A stretch of 64,000 bases of DNA from Octopus vulgaris (GCA_951406725.2 OX597833.1:69440001-69504000); one strand, 5' to 3'; counted from the stretch's first letter, positions 27,053-41,446 are shown. The notes: generated by a model not told the origin, from the sequence alone. Translations and numbers: made by a program.

Positions 27053-27977
27053 AAACTTATCAGTGTGAACGGGTTACACAAAAACTTTACGCAACAACTG
27101 ATATAATGACAAGAAACAATTCGAATAGCTAATAATTGATAATGTTGTAGAAATTACTTGGGTTAAGTTTCTTGATCAGCCTCATGCAGCCCCTATTAAA
27201 GATGGCGTATGATCAAAAGTATAACCATCTAGAAAATTGTGATCGGATTTCAATACCCACATTTAAGTGCGTGTTGCTCGGTTTGTTCATAACTATATTG
27301 CGAGGCGTAAATCCTAAGCCAACATTTACTTTCTTTGTGATAAATATTTCAAGTTTTAGCTCTTTTGACATATACACATGGACATGTATGTGTGTGTATG
27401 TGTGTGCTTGGGCGAGTATGAGTGTATGTTTGTGAAACTATCTGTGCATGAATATGTATATAAACAGATGTATATATGCACGTATAAAAGCAAATATAGG
27501 TACAAATGTATACATTTGTGGATTTATGTGACTGTATGGCGGGGGCTGCTTGAGTAGGTGTGTGTCTGTGTGTTTATGTTGATTTATCTGCAGACGCATG
27601 TAACTTACTAGAATGATGTAATCTGTAACATAAACTTTTAGAAGTTGAAATTTCAAAGAAGATCTTAAGGCAAAATATATTTATATTAATGTCAAATAAC
27701 TTCAGTAGTCTAATAAAATGATATAAGCGGTAATTTATTCTGAATATACATATTCGAAAGCCAGATCTATCAAATCTTCAAATATACATAAGGAAGCAGT
27801 TAATACTTTTAGCCGGCATAAGTGACTTCGCTAATAATGTCGAAGAAGTGAGATGACTGCATTTCTTGTGTGAAAAACACATTTTTCAGGCTCATGTAAT
27901 CTACATTGGTCGGTTTACTGTAACACGTATACAATGCATAATGCAGAAACTCAAATTACTTTTTCTGCTTGTCTTTT

Positions 27978-28022
<45 letters not shown>

Positions 28023-28394
28023 GTGTGTGTGTCTGTGTGTGCGTTTGTGCTTGTGTGCGTCTGTGTGTGTCTGCGTAGCGTTACTCTTGTTGTAGCGCAT
28101 AAAAATAAACAGAATATACATTATCCATCAATGCAGTCCGCTAGAGAGGCCCACCTCGTTGCAAGGGTAGCTGCGTAAAGTGATACGCCCTATTCGGATG
28201 AAAGAGGAAGTATATGTGGATAAATCGCCTTTTTTGTCCCGGCTTCGTGTCATTTAATACATTTAAAAAGAAGAAGGAAAGAACATAACTCACGTGAACC
28301 AGAAAATATGGTCACTTTGAATATGCAAATTATTTTACTACGCATCGTTACTTTCCGATGCGCACTTAAACTTATTTGCTATTAAAACACATCA

Positions 28395-29960
<1,566 letters not shown>

Positions 29961-30191
29961 GGCGGCGAGCTGGCAGAAACGTTAGCACGGCGGGCGAAAT
30001 GCGTTGCCGTATTTCGTCTGCCGTTACGTTCCGAGTTCAAATTCCGCAGAGGTCGACTTTGCCTTTCATCCTTCCGGGGTCGATAAATTAAGTACCAGTT
30101 ACGCAATGGGGTCGATGTAATCGACTTAATCCGTTTGTCTGTCCTTGTTTGTCTCCTCTGTGTTTAGCCCCTTGTGGGTAGTAAAGAAATA
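29961..30191 (+). mobile_element. SINE A full-length monomer inserted in a (TA)n tract
   Basis: Near-consensus family A with TA tracts on both sides. Confidence 0.9.
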
Positions 30192-30312
30192 TATATATAT
30201 ACATGCATATATGTGTGCGTATGTGTATATTTGTTTGTGTATATCTGTAAAAGGTATGATCACAAACATACATACACCTGTGACGATTGCCTCGTTTTGT
30301 CAAATAAGAACC

Positions 30313-30428
30313 CATTTCTTTACTACCCACAAGGGGCTAAACACAGAGAGGACAAACAAGGACAGACAAACGACCCTAGTACGTAACTGGTACTTAATTT
30401 ATCGACCCCGAAAGGATGAAAGGCAAAT
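30313..30428 (-). mobile_element. SINE A 3' fragment with internal deletion
   Basis: ATTTCTTTACTACCCACAAGGGGCTAAACACAGAGAGG...CCCCGAAAGGATGAAAGGCAAA. Confidence 0.85.
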
Positions 30429-30819
30429 GTCATGCATCTAGCGCTACGGGACTTCGCATGATACAACACGGATCACCAAGCGAAATATTAGTGATACTTC
30501 TGTATGTGATTGGATTAAAATGATAAAATGCATATCACTTTTTGCCACAGAGAGTTTTAGTGACAAGCATTTTAAAATGACAGTAAGTTTCATATCGGTA
30601 TCTTTTTTCCTAGAAGAGCTGCTTTCCACATTGGTTTTATTAAATAGATGGTGAACGTCTGCTCTCCTTAGAAAATGTATTTAATGCTGAGCTGGAACCG
30701 AAACCTGATGCTTTCTATCGTTCTGGTCCGGAACAGACATAATGTTAATTAAATGATGTGAGTTAAAGTTTCGACTGATGGTGAGGTTCCACTTCCGGGT
30801 GTTTTGGAGTGTTGATTGC

Positions 30820-31125
30820 TTACGACGATGGGGTTTTCCGTCGATCCAGTCAACGGAACAGCCTATTCCTGAAAAAGGATGTGCAAGGGGCTGAGCACTC
30901 CACAGTCACGTGTAACCTTAACGTAGTTCTCGGGGAGATTCAGCGTAAGACACAAAGTGTGACGAGACTGGGCCTTTAAAATACAAGAAGTACTCATTTT
31001 GGGCTGCTGAGCGGACTAGAGCAACGTGAAATAAGGTGTCTTGCTCAAGAACACGATGCGTCAGCGGAAATTAAACGCATGACCTTACTATTGTGAGCTG
31101 AATAACCTAACCACTAAGCTACAAG
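30820..31125 (-). mobile_element. Diverged SINE D copy
   Basis: Colinear with 62068-62399 (TACGACGA...CAACGGAACAGC...AACGTAGTTCTCGGGGA...GTGTCTTGCTCAAG...CCTAACCACTAAGC). Confidence 0.8.
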
Positions 31126-31126
31126 C

Positions 31127-31375
<249 letters not shown>

Positions 31376-31455
31376 TTCAAAATGTAACGACATGTGGATC
31401 GTTGGCGATTTTTTCTTCCGTCCTCCTTTTTCTCTTGAACTTTCCTCCGTTTCCT

Positions 31456-31490
31456 GTTTCTGATGAAGAGCCATGCTCGAAAATTAAAAC
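31456..31490 (+). ncRNA. Minimal type I hammerhead ribozyme motif (Penelope-type, probably dimeric)
   Basis: Stem I GTTT (31456-59) pairs with AAAC (31487-90). Core CTGATGA at 31460-66, then one extra A. Stem II GAGC-CAT-GCTC, then GAAA at 31479-82. Palindromic stem III AATT; cleavage triplet UUA (after 31486). Confidence 0.65.
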
Positions 31491-32451
31491 TGCCTTTCCT
31501 TCCTTCCCTGAGCGTCTGCAAGTAATTTGTATTGCCACGTCCCTGCGTTGTTGTTGGTTTCTAGTGTTCGTTCTTCATTTTTGGGTGGGAGGGGTATTAA
31601 CTACATATATATATATATAGCTCCTGTCATCTTGGACTGTTATATATATGTATGTGTGTGTATGTATGTATGTATGTATGTATGTATGTATATATATATA
31701 TAGATATAGATATATGTATATATATATTTATATATGTACTATTGAAGTCTTTTGTACACTTGTTGAATATACCATTTCTCACTCCACCGAAGACTAAATA
31801 TTAAGCCATTCCTTATTCCTGTTAACTAAACAAATAGTACTATACTACAACGTGTCGAATATGTTGTTAGTCTGTAACTCTATTCTCTAATTACGCACAC
31901 ATATGTTATATAAATATTGTTAATATTATAGAAGAGAGGCAGTGTTTTCATTGAATAATATATTGCTTATTTAATTTTTCTTCTGCGTGGGGTCTGATTT
32001 TCTAACTTAATGCAAATGACGAATGTGAATAATATTAATCATTTATTACTTCTCAGGATACAGTTTGAAAATATTGAGACATTTGCTAAATGGTTGATTG
32101 TTAAATGCTAAGCTCTCCAATGAAATATAATTACTCGAGATGATTTGATTTGATGTATCTAAGATAATTAACCAAGATCTTTATAAAACACGTTAATTTA
32201 ACAATATTTAAAAGTTATAGGGAAAATAGAAATTTAATATTACCAAATTATTATTTGCTGGATAATTATTGTATCATTTCGTTAGATTCATTTAATTATT
32301 TATTTAAAGTTATATAGCGATGGAATAAACTTTCCTCTCATTCTAAATTCTGAAGATATTCCTTAATATTAAGTTAGAAATAATTCCTTATGAATAATGA
32401 TGCAATTAGAAGAGCAATATATGGACAGCACAGCGAGCCACAGAGAAATAA

Positions 32452-32721
32452 TTTTTGTTTGTTCCTTCTCGAGCCATACCTGGCTCATAAGGGCCGATTT
32501 CCCGCTTTCCTTGGCGTATAGGTTCCGTCGCAGGTGAGCTGCAAGATGCAGGAGGAAAGAGTGAGAGAAAGTTGTGGCGAAAGTGTCAACAGAAGTTCGC
32601 CATTACCTTCTGCCGGAGATGCGTGGAGCTTAGGTGTTTGGCTCATAAACACACACACATCGCCCGGTCTGAGATTCGAAACCGCGAGTCCGCTACTCTA
32701 ACAACTAGACCATGTGCCTCC
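32452..32721 (-). mobile_element. SINE E copy with internal deletions
   Basis: Colinear with 26756-27052; imperfect TSD CCA(C/T)AGAGAAA(A)TA. Confidence 0.85.
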
Positions 32722-33557
32722 ATAGAGAAAATATCGCGGGTGGTCGAAAAGGCGCCTCAGTGATAGTAGGCGCCCCGTTAATAAAACACATTGCAAAGAT
32801 TGAAACAAAAGGTAAATACTATGCAAGGTATATTATAAAAGACGATGTAAACTTCATTTTGTCTTACATTTCTTATTCCAATCAAAACGTATTTTGCATC
32901 AGTCCACAACAAAGCAGTATTTTATTCTATACTTGAAACAGTTGGAACGGGAAATGTTATTGTGATGCACAATTGCCACACACACACATACACCCCTTCT
33001 CAATATGGAGCATTTACCAAAACACAGCTTGTTAATAATATCTCTGCGAAAAACACGAGAAACATATTCAGTTATATGAACGTCATCAGATTCCAAAACA
33101 ACAAATTCAATATTTATTTCTTACATTTACTCTTTTCTTTTGATCAATTTTGTAACGTACAACATATCTGTTCGTCCAGCTCTACAACGATTAGCTTCTT
33201 TGCACTGTTCTGTGTGTGTGTGTAAGTGTGTATGTGTGTGTGTGTGTGAGTGTATGTGTGTATGTATGTGTGTGTGTGTGTGTGTGTTTGAGTGTGTGAG
33301 TTCGTAGTATATTAGTCGAGAAGCTCTGACTCCATCAGTCTCATCCTCCTATCCATTTGTTGACAGCAACGGTAAATATGAGGGATTCCTAAAGGGACTC
33401 CGAATACAATAGACGGGTGTTCGCGGAGGAGTCAGAGAGAAAGAGAGTGAGTGAGAGAGAGATAGGGAGAGAAACAGCGAGCGAAATGCTAGAGGAGAAA
33501 GAGCGAGAGGCAAAAATCGCCCCTGGTATATGACATTGTATTTCTGTTAGAATCTAA

Positions 33558-33793
33558 CAGTGTTTCTCAGCTGGGGGGTCCATATAGCTCTTAGGAGCTA
33601 AATTCATCTACAATAATTTGTTTATACTTAAACTTCTAAAATATTTTAACAATATTTTTATATAGTTCCTGATAATATTTAATTAGAAAATATAATTGAA
33701 GGTTTTAGACATCGAAGGACTAGGAGGATCCATTCCAAAGTAAAACAGGATTCAAAAGGGTCCATATGTAAAAAAATTGGTTGAGAAATACTG
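33558..33793. mobile_element. hAT/Charlie-like MITE
   Basis: Terminal inverted repeats CAGTGTTTCTCAGC ... GTTGAGAAATACTG, typical of Charlie-like ends. The 8-bp TSD is no longer recognisable. Confidence 0.6.
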
Positions 33794-34012
33794 TGTAGAT
33801 AAAAGAGGAAGTTGACTCATGCGTGGGATTTAAAATGGGGATGAACTGACGATTAGACTTGAACCATTTGCACGATCGGCTGCCAATTGAGCTATTCACT
33901 TGCTTCACTTTTTTTGGGAAATATTATAAAACTGTTCGACATAAGGTTTAGAATGTGGAAAAGCATGTACGTCTATGAAGATGTAACTAATATTTTCCAT
34001 GAAGCATACACA

Positions 34013-34417
34013 GGCGCAGGAGTGGCCGTGTGTTAAGTAGCTTGCTAGCCAACCACATGGTTCCGGGTTCAGTCCCACTGCGTGGCACCTTGGGCAAGTG
34101 TCTTCTGCTATAGCCCCGGGCCGACCAATGCTTTGTGAGTTGATTTGGTAGACGGAAACTGAAAGAAGCCCGTCGTATATATGTATATATATGTATGTGT
34201 GTGTATGTTTGTATGTCTGTGTTTGTCCCCCTAGCATTGCTTGACAACCGATGCTGGTGTGTTTACGTCCCCGTAACCTAGCGGTTCGGCAACAGAGACC
34301 GATAGATAAGTACTGGGCTTACAAAAGAATAAGTCCCGGGGTCGAGTTGTTCGATTAAAGGCGGTGCTCCAGCATGGCCGCAGTCAAATGACTGAAACAA
34401 GTAAAAGAGTAAAAGAG
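34013..34417 (+). mobile_element. SINE B full length
   Basis: Highly similar to 6824-7233 along its whole length. Confidence 0.92.
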
Positions 34418-35227
34418 ATGTTCCTGCATTTTCTTTCAAAAATCCTTAATTGTATCCAAATATCATAAGACTTATTGACTCCATGTAAAGTCAGATACGG
34501 AAATCCAGATAACCATGGAAGACTTAATAACGTTACTCGAAATCTGAAAGAGAAAGAGAGAGAAAGACAGAGAGAGAGAGGTGCAATTTTCCATTAAATA
34601 ATTCAGACATTCAGAAATCACTTAGTCACCAAATGACATTCTGCGATTCATAAATTCTACAACTGAAGCAAACTAATTCATTTAACAAACAGGAAACTAG
34701 AAGAAAGGGCATCTTAGTTTCTAATCATCTTTATCATATATTCAACATTGAGTCTAATATGTTTCTGCTATTAATGTCTCTGCATTTTAATAAACTGAAG
34801 GACTTGATCTAAACGTTATTACTGAATTCAATCAATCTTCATTATTTTTAATCTAAATTTGCCCTTCGTCACTCTGGAGTCCGTGCTTTGAATATCAATC
34901 AAATTCAGGAGTCACGGATTAAAGTTGTCACCATTACAACTATCACTCAAACGATTTGAGATTTTTATGCCCCTATAAGAATATCACGTTTACCGTTGTT
35001 ATGTGATTATGTTCTTTTTACAGGTGAGCATCTTAAAAAATCAGTCTACATTTTATGTCTTGTATCCCCGATTACAGGATTTGGTTTTAACAATGTGTGA
35101 CTGAACATAGATAGAATAGTAAAAACAAGTTGATATTTCACTGGTAACTCATAATTCAACTGTGCTGCATAGTGTTTCAGCGGTTATAATATATGAACGA
35201 TTCCGCGTGCAGACAATTCTCCGACAG

Positions 35228-35360
35228 ACAATTCCCACAGGGCCTCAGACTCAACACAGATGCTACATCAAGACACTGGAGGAAGCTGTCCTGCCCTGGG
35301 TCAAGAGACTGGCTGCTAGAACACCCTGTCTGGAAACAGGAACCTGCACAATACCACACA
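35228..35360 (+). pseudogene. Tc1/mariner-superfamily transposase fragment
   Basis: With frameshifts it reads FPQGLRLNTDA/YIKTLEEAVLPWVKRLAART/VWKQEPAQYHT, matching the ..YxxxLxxxVLPW....WQQDxAPxHT region around the second catalytic Asp. Confidence 0.65.
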
Positions 35361-35507
35361 ATTGTTCTGTCTGTGAGTTGCCTCTTGGCCAATTGTTGGT
35401 TGGTCAACTGCCTGTAAACGAATTGTCCTTTACGATTAAGCTAAACTGACCCGACGGCAAACACTTCTGCAAATTTAAGATATATAAATCTAGCTTTATA
35501 AGACGCC

Positions 35508-36220
35508 ATCGTATGGTAAATTCAACTTGATGTTGAAAGTCAATAAACAAAGTTTGCTTTAGAAGCGTTGAGATGTATTGAAAGATAAGGAAATAATTTT
35601 ATTCTCAAACGCAAGATAATGCTCATAACATAGCATGAACAGAACAAGTTATCCATAATCTGCAGAAAAATCTATCGGCGACCAGCCATGAGAATCGAAC
35701 TCACATCGTGCTATATTATTAGAATTATCCTGCGTTTCAGAATAAAATTATTCCCTTATCTCTATCTTTGAATACATCTCAACGCTTCTAAAGCAATCTT
35801 TGTTGACTTTCAATGTAAGTTGAATTTGTGGAGGCGCAATGGCCCAGTGGTTAGGGCAGCAGACTCGCGGTTTCGATTCCCAGACCGGGCGTTGTGAGTG
35901 TTTATTGAGCGAAAACACCTAAAAGCTCCACGAGGCTCCGGCAGGGGACGGTGGTGATCCCTGCTGTACTCTTTCACCACAACTTTCTCTCACTCTTACT
36001 TCCTGTTTCTGTTGTACCTGTATTTCAAAGGGCCGGCCTTGTCACTCTCTGTGTACCGCTGAATCTCCCCAAGAACTACGTTAAGGGTACACGTATATGT
36101 GGAGTGCTCAGCCACTTACACGTTAATTTCACGAGCAGGCTGTCCGTTGATTCGGATTAACCGGAACCCTCATCGTCGTAACCGACGGAGTGCTTCCACA
36201 AGTTGAATTTAACGTATGAT
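35508..36220. mobile_element. Foldback/MITE-like element with ~130-bp inverted arms, interrupted by SINE C
   Basis: Left arm 35508-35638 is the reverse complement of 35706-35827 plus 36211-36220 (e.g. TTGCTTTAGAAGCGTTGAGATGTATT / AATACATCTCAACGCTTCTAAAGCAA). Confidence 0.75.
35828..36199 (+). mobile_element. SINE C with 11-bp TSD
   Basis: Matches 16527-16914 with a short deletion in the head. TSD AAGTTGAATTT at 35817-35827 and 36200-36210. Confidence 0.92.
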
Positions 36221-36829
36221 TTGTGAAAGTTTTACTTCAGGAAGTCTGTGACCAATAGATCCTAAAATCAACATACAGATTATTCAATTCATTCAATTTT
36301 TCATGTTTTTTCAAAATTTATACATGTTTATTTTAATCGCAGTTACTTTTGCCCTCCTTTATCATGAGGCTCGAGGTAGCATTTGTATTTTTAGCACCCA
36401 TTTCAATATTTTTTTTTCTGAGGGTGTTGCAGTCAGACGGCTGATCGGGCATTACGTTTGTTCAGCCATTTTAAAAAATGTCCCAGAAAAATAAATTTAT
36501 TGTAGGTTATATACAGGTATCAACATTCTTGCGGGAGACCTATATTTTATCGATTTTCTTTTCTTTAAATGCTCAGTATGTTTTGTCGTTATAGTTATAG
36601 CTAAAATGTAAGTAGACAAAAGCTGCTACTAGTATGTATTGATAGATTGCAACATCAATAATCTTGCGCATGTCATAAAGCGGTTCTCTTTTGATGTTTT
36701 GTCCTACAGGAACAAATGGCTGGTTCAGAGTAAATTGACTGTGACGGCTACGCGCATTAATACAAACACACTCACGCGCGAGCGCGTCGGCAGTGATGCA
36801 TTATATTAAGTTTAATAAATATTATTTTC

Positions 36830-37010
36830 ACTTAGCGGCATTTTGTCTGGGTTTTTTTTTTATGTTGTGAGTTCAAATCCCGCCGACGGCGAATTTGCCT
36901 TTCATAATTTCGTTGTCGATGAAATAAGAAGCAGCCAAGCATTGGAGTCGATGTAATTGTCTACCTTCCTCCCCCGAACTTGATGGAAATGTGCCGAAAG
37001 TTTGAAACTG
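36830..37010 (+). mobile_element. Old 5'-truncated SINE A-related copy
   Basis: CTTAGCGGCATTTTGTC...GAGTTCAAATCCCGCCGA...GCCTTTCAT...GTCGATGTAATTG. Confidence 0.7.
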
Positions 37011-37369
37011 TAACATTTCTTCTGTAACATATATAGGTTGCGGTGAATAAACTGCTATCTAAATTAGGCAACAATGAAAATAACAAGAAAATATTTTTTT
37101 AGCAGAGGGAATAGTATCATGGTGCTGCTTTTCTCATAGACAGTGCCCAATTGACCCTACTATACTCTATAGTCAACAAAATCATAAAACAAACGATGCA
37201 CATGCGCGGAATTAAAAATACAAAATGGCAACAGTCTACCCATCACACCCCGTATATATTGATACATATTTATGTTACATATATATATTTACATACAGAT
37301 ATATGTACACACAGACGTGTGCGTGTGTGTGATAGAGAGAGAGAGCATATGTCTGTACACGCTGTTTCT

Positions 37370-37784
37370 TATTTCTTTATTACCCACAAGGGGCTAAACA
37401 TAGAGAGGACAAACAAGGACAGACAGACGGATTAAGTCGATTATATCGACCCCAGTGCGTAACTGGTACTTATTTAATCTAACCCGAAAGGATGAAAGGC
37501 AAAGTCGTCCTCGGCGGAATTTGAACTCAGAATGTAGCGGCAGACGAAATACCTATTTCTTTACTACCCACTAGGGGCTAAACACAGAGAGGACAAACAA
37601 GGACAGACAAATGGATTAAGTCGATTATATCGACCCCAGTGCGTAACTGGTACTTATTTAATCGACCGCGAAAGGATGAAAGGCAAAGTCGACCTCGGCG
37701 GGATTTGAACTCAGAACGTAGCGGCAGACGAAATACCGCTAAGCATTTCGTCCGGTGCGCTAACGTTTCGACCAGCTCGTCGCC
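37370..37784 (-). mobile_element. SINE A tandem dimer (one head, two body units), ~22-bp TSD
   Basis: Junction GAAATACCTATTTC at 37546-37559. TSD TAT(G/A)TCTGTACACGCTGTTTCT at 37348-37369 and 37788-37809. Confidence 0.92.
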
Positions 37785-38354
37785 TTTTATATCTGTACAC
37801 GCTGTTTCTGCCTACTAGATTCGATTTACAATACATTGGCAACACCAGCGTCTACCTTGACAATTTCAGACACTTGCTAAGTCTTCTGTTCAGAGCAATT
37901 GAACACCGAGTCTCACAGATGCATATTAAACTTTTTAATTCTACCTGTATTTTTACCCCCCATTTACATAACATCAACACTGTTATAAGAATACTAAAAT
38001 ACAAATATTCGAGTTGCAATAAATTTCAATTCTACTGGGTTTACACAACAGTAAATCTCCAAGCAAATTGTGTTTTGTTTCTTCTTTGAATACAATTAAT
38101 CGCTTCGTCAAACACGGCAGCTATATTTTCTATTATATAACAATAACATGTGATTATATAAAATCTGTTGGTGTTGACAAACACGTAAATGTGTTTTGCA
38201 TAAGCTGTTCTTTCAGGATATAATGACACCTACGTATGACGTGTATGTAACTTGCTACACAATCTATATAACGGTGACTTAGACATTTTAAAAAGTGACA
38301 CTGATAAATGAATCACTCCACCCAAACTTCTTTCTTGACTTACAAGTCTTAACC

Positions 38355-38555
38355 TTCCTTCTTGTCGTTGAATACACGAAATGAGGAGTAGACACACAGC
38401 CGACAACTAATGAAGGGTCCGTTCTCTGGTCTCTGTATTTTCTTGTTGTGTTTACATTTTCTCGCGTTTTTTGTACGCATTTAACACGTTTGTTTACGTA
38501 TTTCATGTTATTTGCACCGTTTGTGACGTCCCGTGCCCATATATGCAGGTATATA
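38355..38555 (+). repeat. Interspersed repeat, Penelope-like terminal-repeat candidate
   Basis: GAGTAGACACACAGCCGACAACTAATGAAGGG...TTGTTTACGTATTTCATGTTATTT...GTGACGTCCCGTGCCCATATA matches the reverse complement of 52520-52653; ends at a TA tract. Confidence 0.65.
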
Positions 38556-39805
38556 TAGATATATAATATACTATTTATTGTTTATTTGAACTCGGTGACT
38601 CCATTTCCAAGTAAGTTTATCTTCACCTTCTTGATGCGACTCTCTACTCTATACTGTTTTCTTTCTCCATTTTTCTCTAATTCTCCATCCTTCTCTAATT
38701 TCTCCCCTCCCTCCTTCACCGTTTTCTATCTGTCTCTCCCCCTCTCTCTCCAAGCTTTTCTCTTTAAAAAATGTTTTTCACAGCGCTCACTATTTTCCTC
38801 TCGTTGTAGTAAAACGACTCTCCATGTTTGTTTTTGTACGGTTTCCTTGTATGTCTCCACAATCATGCAGTTTCCCTACACTTTACCTGGAGCAGTGAAG
38901 TCAATTGAATTGACACCAGTGCTCAACTGGTACTTATTTTATCAACGTCGAAGGATGGAATATAAAGTCGACCACGTAGTAATTTGAACTCAGAACGCGA
39001 AGAGCCTCGGTGGAATTTCCTCTCCGAACCGAAGTGCCCCATTTTCTTCGATACGCTAATATATCTTACGCTCTTTTCATGAAGCCATTACGAAATGGTC
39101 ATTGTAAAATAACCCGACATGAAGTGTTACAGATGTCCATATACTCAGAATAATACCATGTAGCCTGTAAAACAGCGAACACGAGTAAAAGAAACTATAT
39201 TTTAAAAATAGTATGGCAAAGTGTTGTCATTTTAGACACAAGATCAACGATTTAGCAAGAAGGTCGCAAGCAATTACATCGACCCCTCCTTCGAGATATA
39301 TATATTTTCTTTCATAGAACATGATTTGATAAAAGGCAAAGTTTGGCCTCAATAGGATTCAACCTTAAAGAGACATAACAAACGAAATGAGAAGTTTGTA
39401 TTTCCGACGCTCAAGCGGTCCTTCGAGACCAACCTTTTTGTGATAAGGGAAAACCCACTGAACGTGGTACCACATCATGATTACAGTTCATTGACTGAAA
39501 CAAACAAAGCAATCAAGAAATATGGTTGATGACATGCTACCATATTGATGCCAATATTTTGCAGGATACCTTAGGCAGCGAGTTGGCAGAATCGTTAAGG
39601 GGACAGGCAAAAGGTTATTTCCCATTTTTATCGTTTAGGGCACAACTCCTAGATGATGTGGGAAAGATTTCTTAATTGACGTATCAACATCATACAGAGA
39701 GCATCATTTCTAAAACCTTTCAAATGATGGAGGCGATGTTGTGATAGAAACTTTGCTTCATTTATTACCATAAATCTCCTTATTAGAAATATGTTTATCA
39801 ACACA

Positions 39806-40035
39806 GCGGCGAGCTGGCAGAATCATTAGTACGCCGGGCGATATACTTAGCAGTATTTCGTCTACCGTTACGTTCTGAGTTCAAATTCCGCCGAGGTCGA
39901 CTTTGTCTTTCATCCTTTCGGGGTCGATATATTAAGTACCAGTTACGCACTGGGGTCGATGTCATCGATTTAATCCGTTTGTCTGTCTTTGTTTGTCCAA
40001 TCTATGTTTAGCCCCTTGTGGGAAATAAAGAGATA
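39806..40035 (+). mobile_element. SINE A monomer with 22-bp TSD
   Basis: TSD AGAAATAT(G/A)TTTATCAACACAG at 39785-39806 and 40036-40057. Confidence 0.9.
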
Positions 40036-40437
40036 AGAAATATATTTATCAACACAGACGAACCTCGAAACTCAAGACATTTTACTTGTATATTATAATA
40101 TTTATACGTACCGCTACAACATTGTAAACACACGTAATACAAAATTATGCTTCGCTTTTCGATATAATAATATAGCAATATTGTTTATTTGAAGACAATT
40201 TCAGTTATTAAATATTTGTTAATCTATATAATGTATATTTGAAAATGACATCAAAGATATTATTACATATTTATTTAAAATATTTGAATATTAGCTCAAA
40301 GGTTGTTTTACTGCTGAAGAAAATAATTAAAGTGAGAAGAAAATATTTAAAAAGCAATTAAGCTGAACATGTTTATAAACATATTTTAAATCGAATTGGT
40401 CAGTAATCATACACATATGCACATACACACTCGCACG

Positions 40438-40454
40438 TATGTATATATATATAC

Positions 40455-40509
<55 letters not shown>

Positions 40510-40532
40510 TACATATACATATATATATACAC

Positions 40533-40568
<36 letters not shown>

Positions 40569-40627
40569 GTATATATATATGTATATATATATATATGCAT
40601 ATATATATATATACATATATATGCATG

Positions 40628-40673
<46 letters not shown>

Positions 40674-40681
40674 TATGTATA

Positions 40682-40728
<47 letters not shown>

Positions 40729-40739
40729 GCATATATATA

Positions 40740-40815
<76 letters not shown>

Positions 40816-40820
40816 TATAT
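40438..40820. repeat. Long interrupted (TA)n microsatellite
   Basis: Direct read. Confidence 0.95.
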
Positions 40821-41446
40821 GTAAATACAGCGATTGTCGTTTGTTTTTTCAGGTAATTAGATATGTTTTCTCTGTTATTTGCAGATACATGTATGCAGAT
40901 CACTCCAGTCTTAATTGTGACTGTAATTTAATAAATCACCATAGTAAAAATCATCGGGGAAGAAAGATATTCAATGACTTTCGAAGTGCGGAGGTCATCG
41001 GCTGATATCAAAGTCTGAATTCCTATCGAGATATTGTTCAGTCTTTCAACGTTTATCATCGAACGGTAGATATATTATTCGAGTCGTAAATTAAAGATGC
41101 CACGAAACTTTTCCAACACCACAGAGATAATCGGTATGTGGAAAATTAAACTGGGTAGCCAAATTGTTATTTATTTATTTATTTAATTATTTATTGTTAT
41201 TGGTCAATAAATCTTAATTTCTATTTGTTTCTGTTTAGAAATTAAAGGAAATTACTATTATTCCCTTCAAATATTGCTTTTGTGACCTGAATAACAATGT
41301 TTTAAAACTGACATCTTTTCCATTATATTTCAAACGCATTCAGTGTTGAGTTGCCGAAGCAGAAATATCCTTATAGCAAATATTCTGTCCAATACCACAG
41401 ATTCGCTTCTCAGTTGCCTAAGTGGCTGACAATATGTACATCTCTG

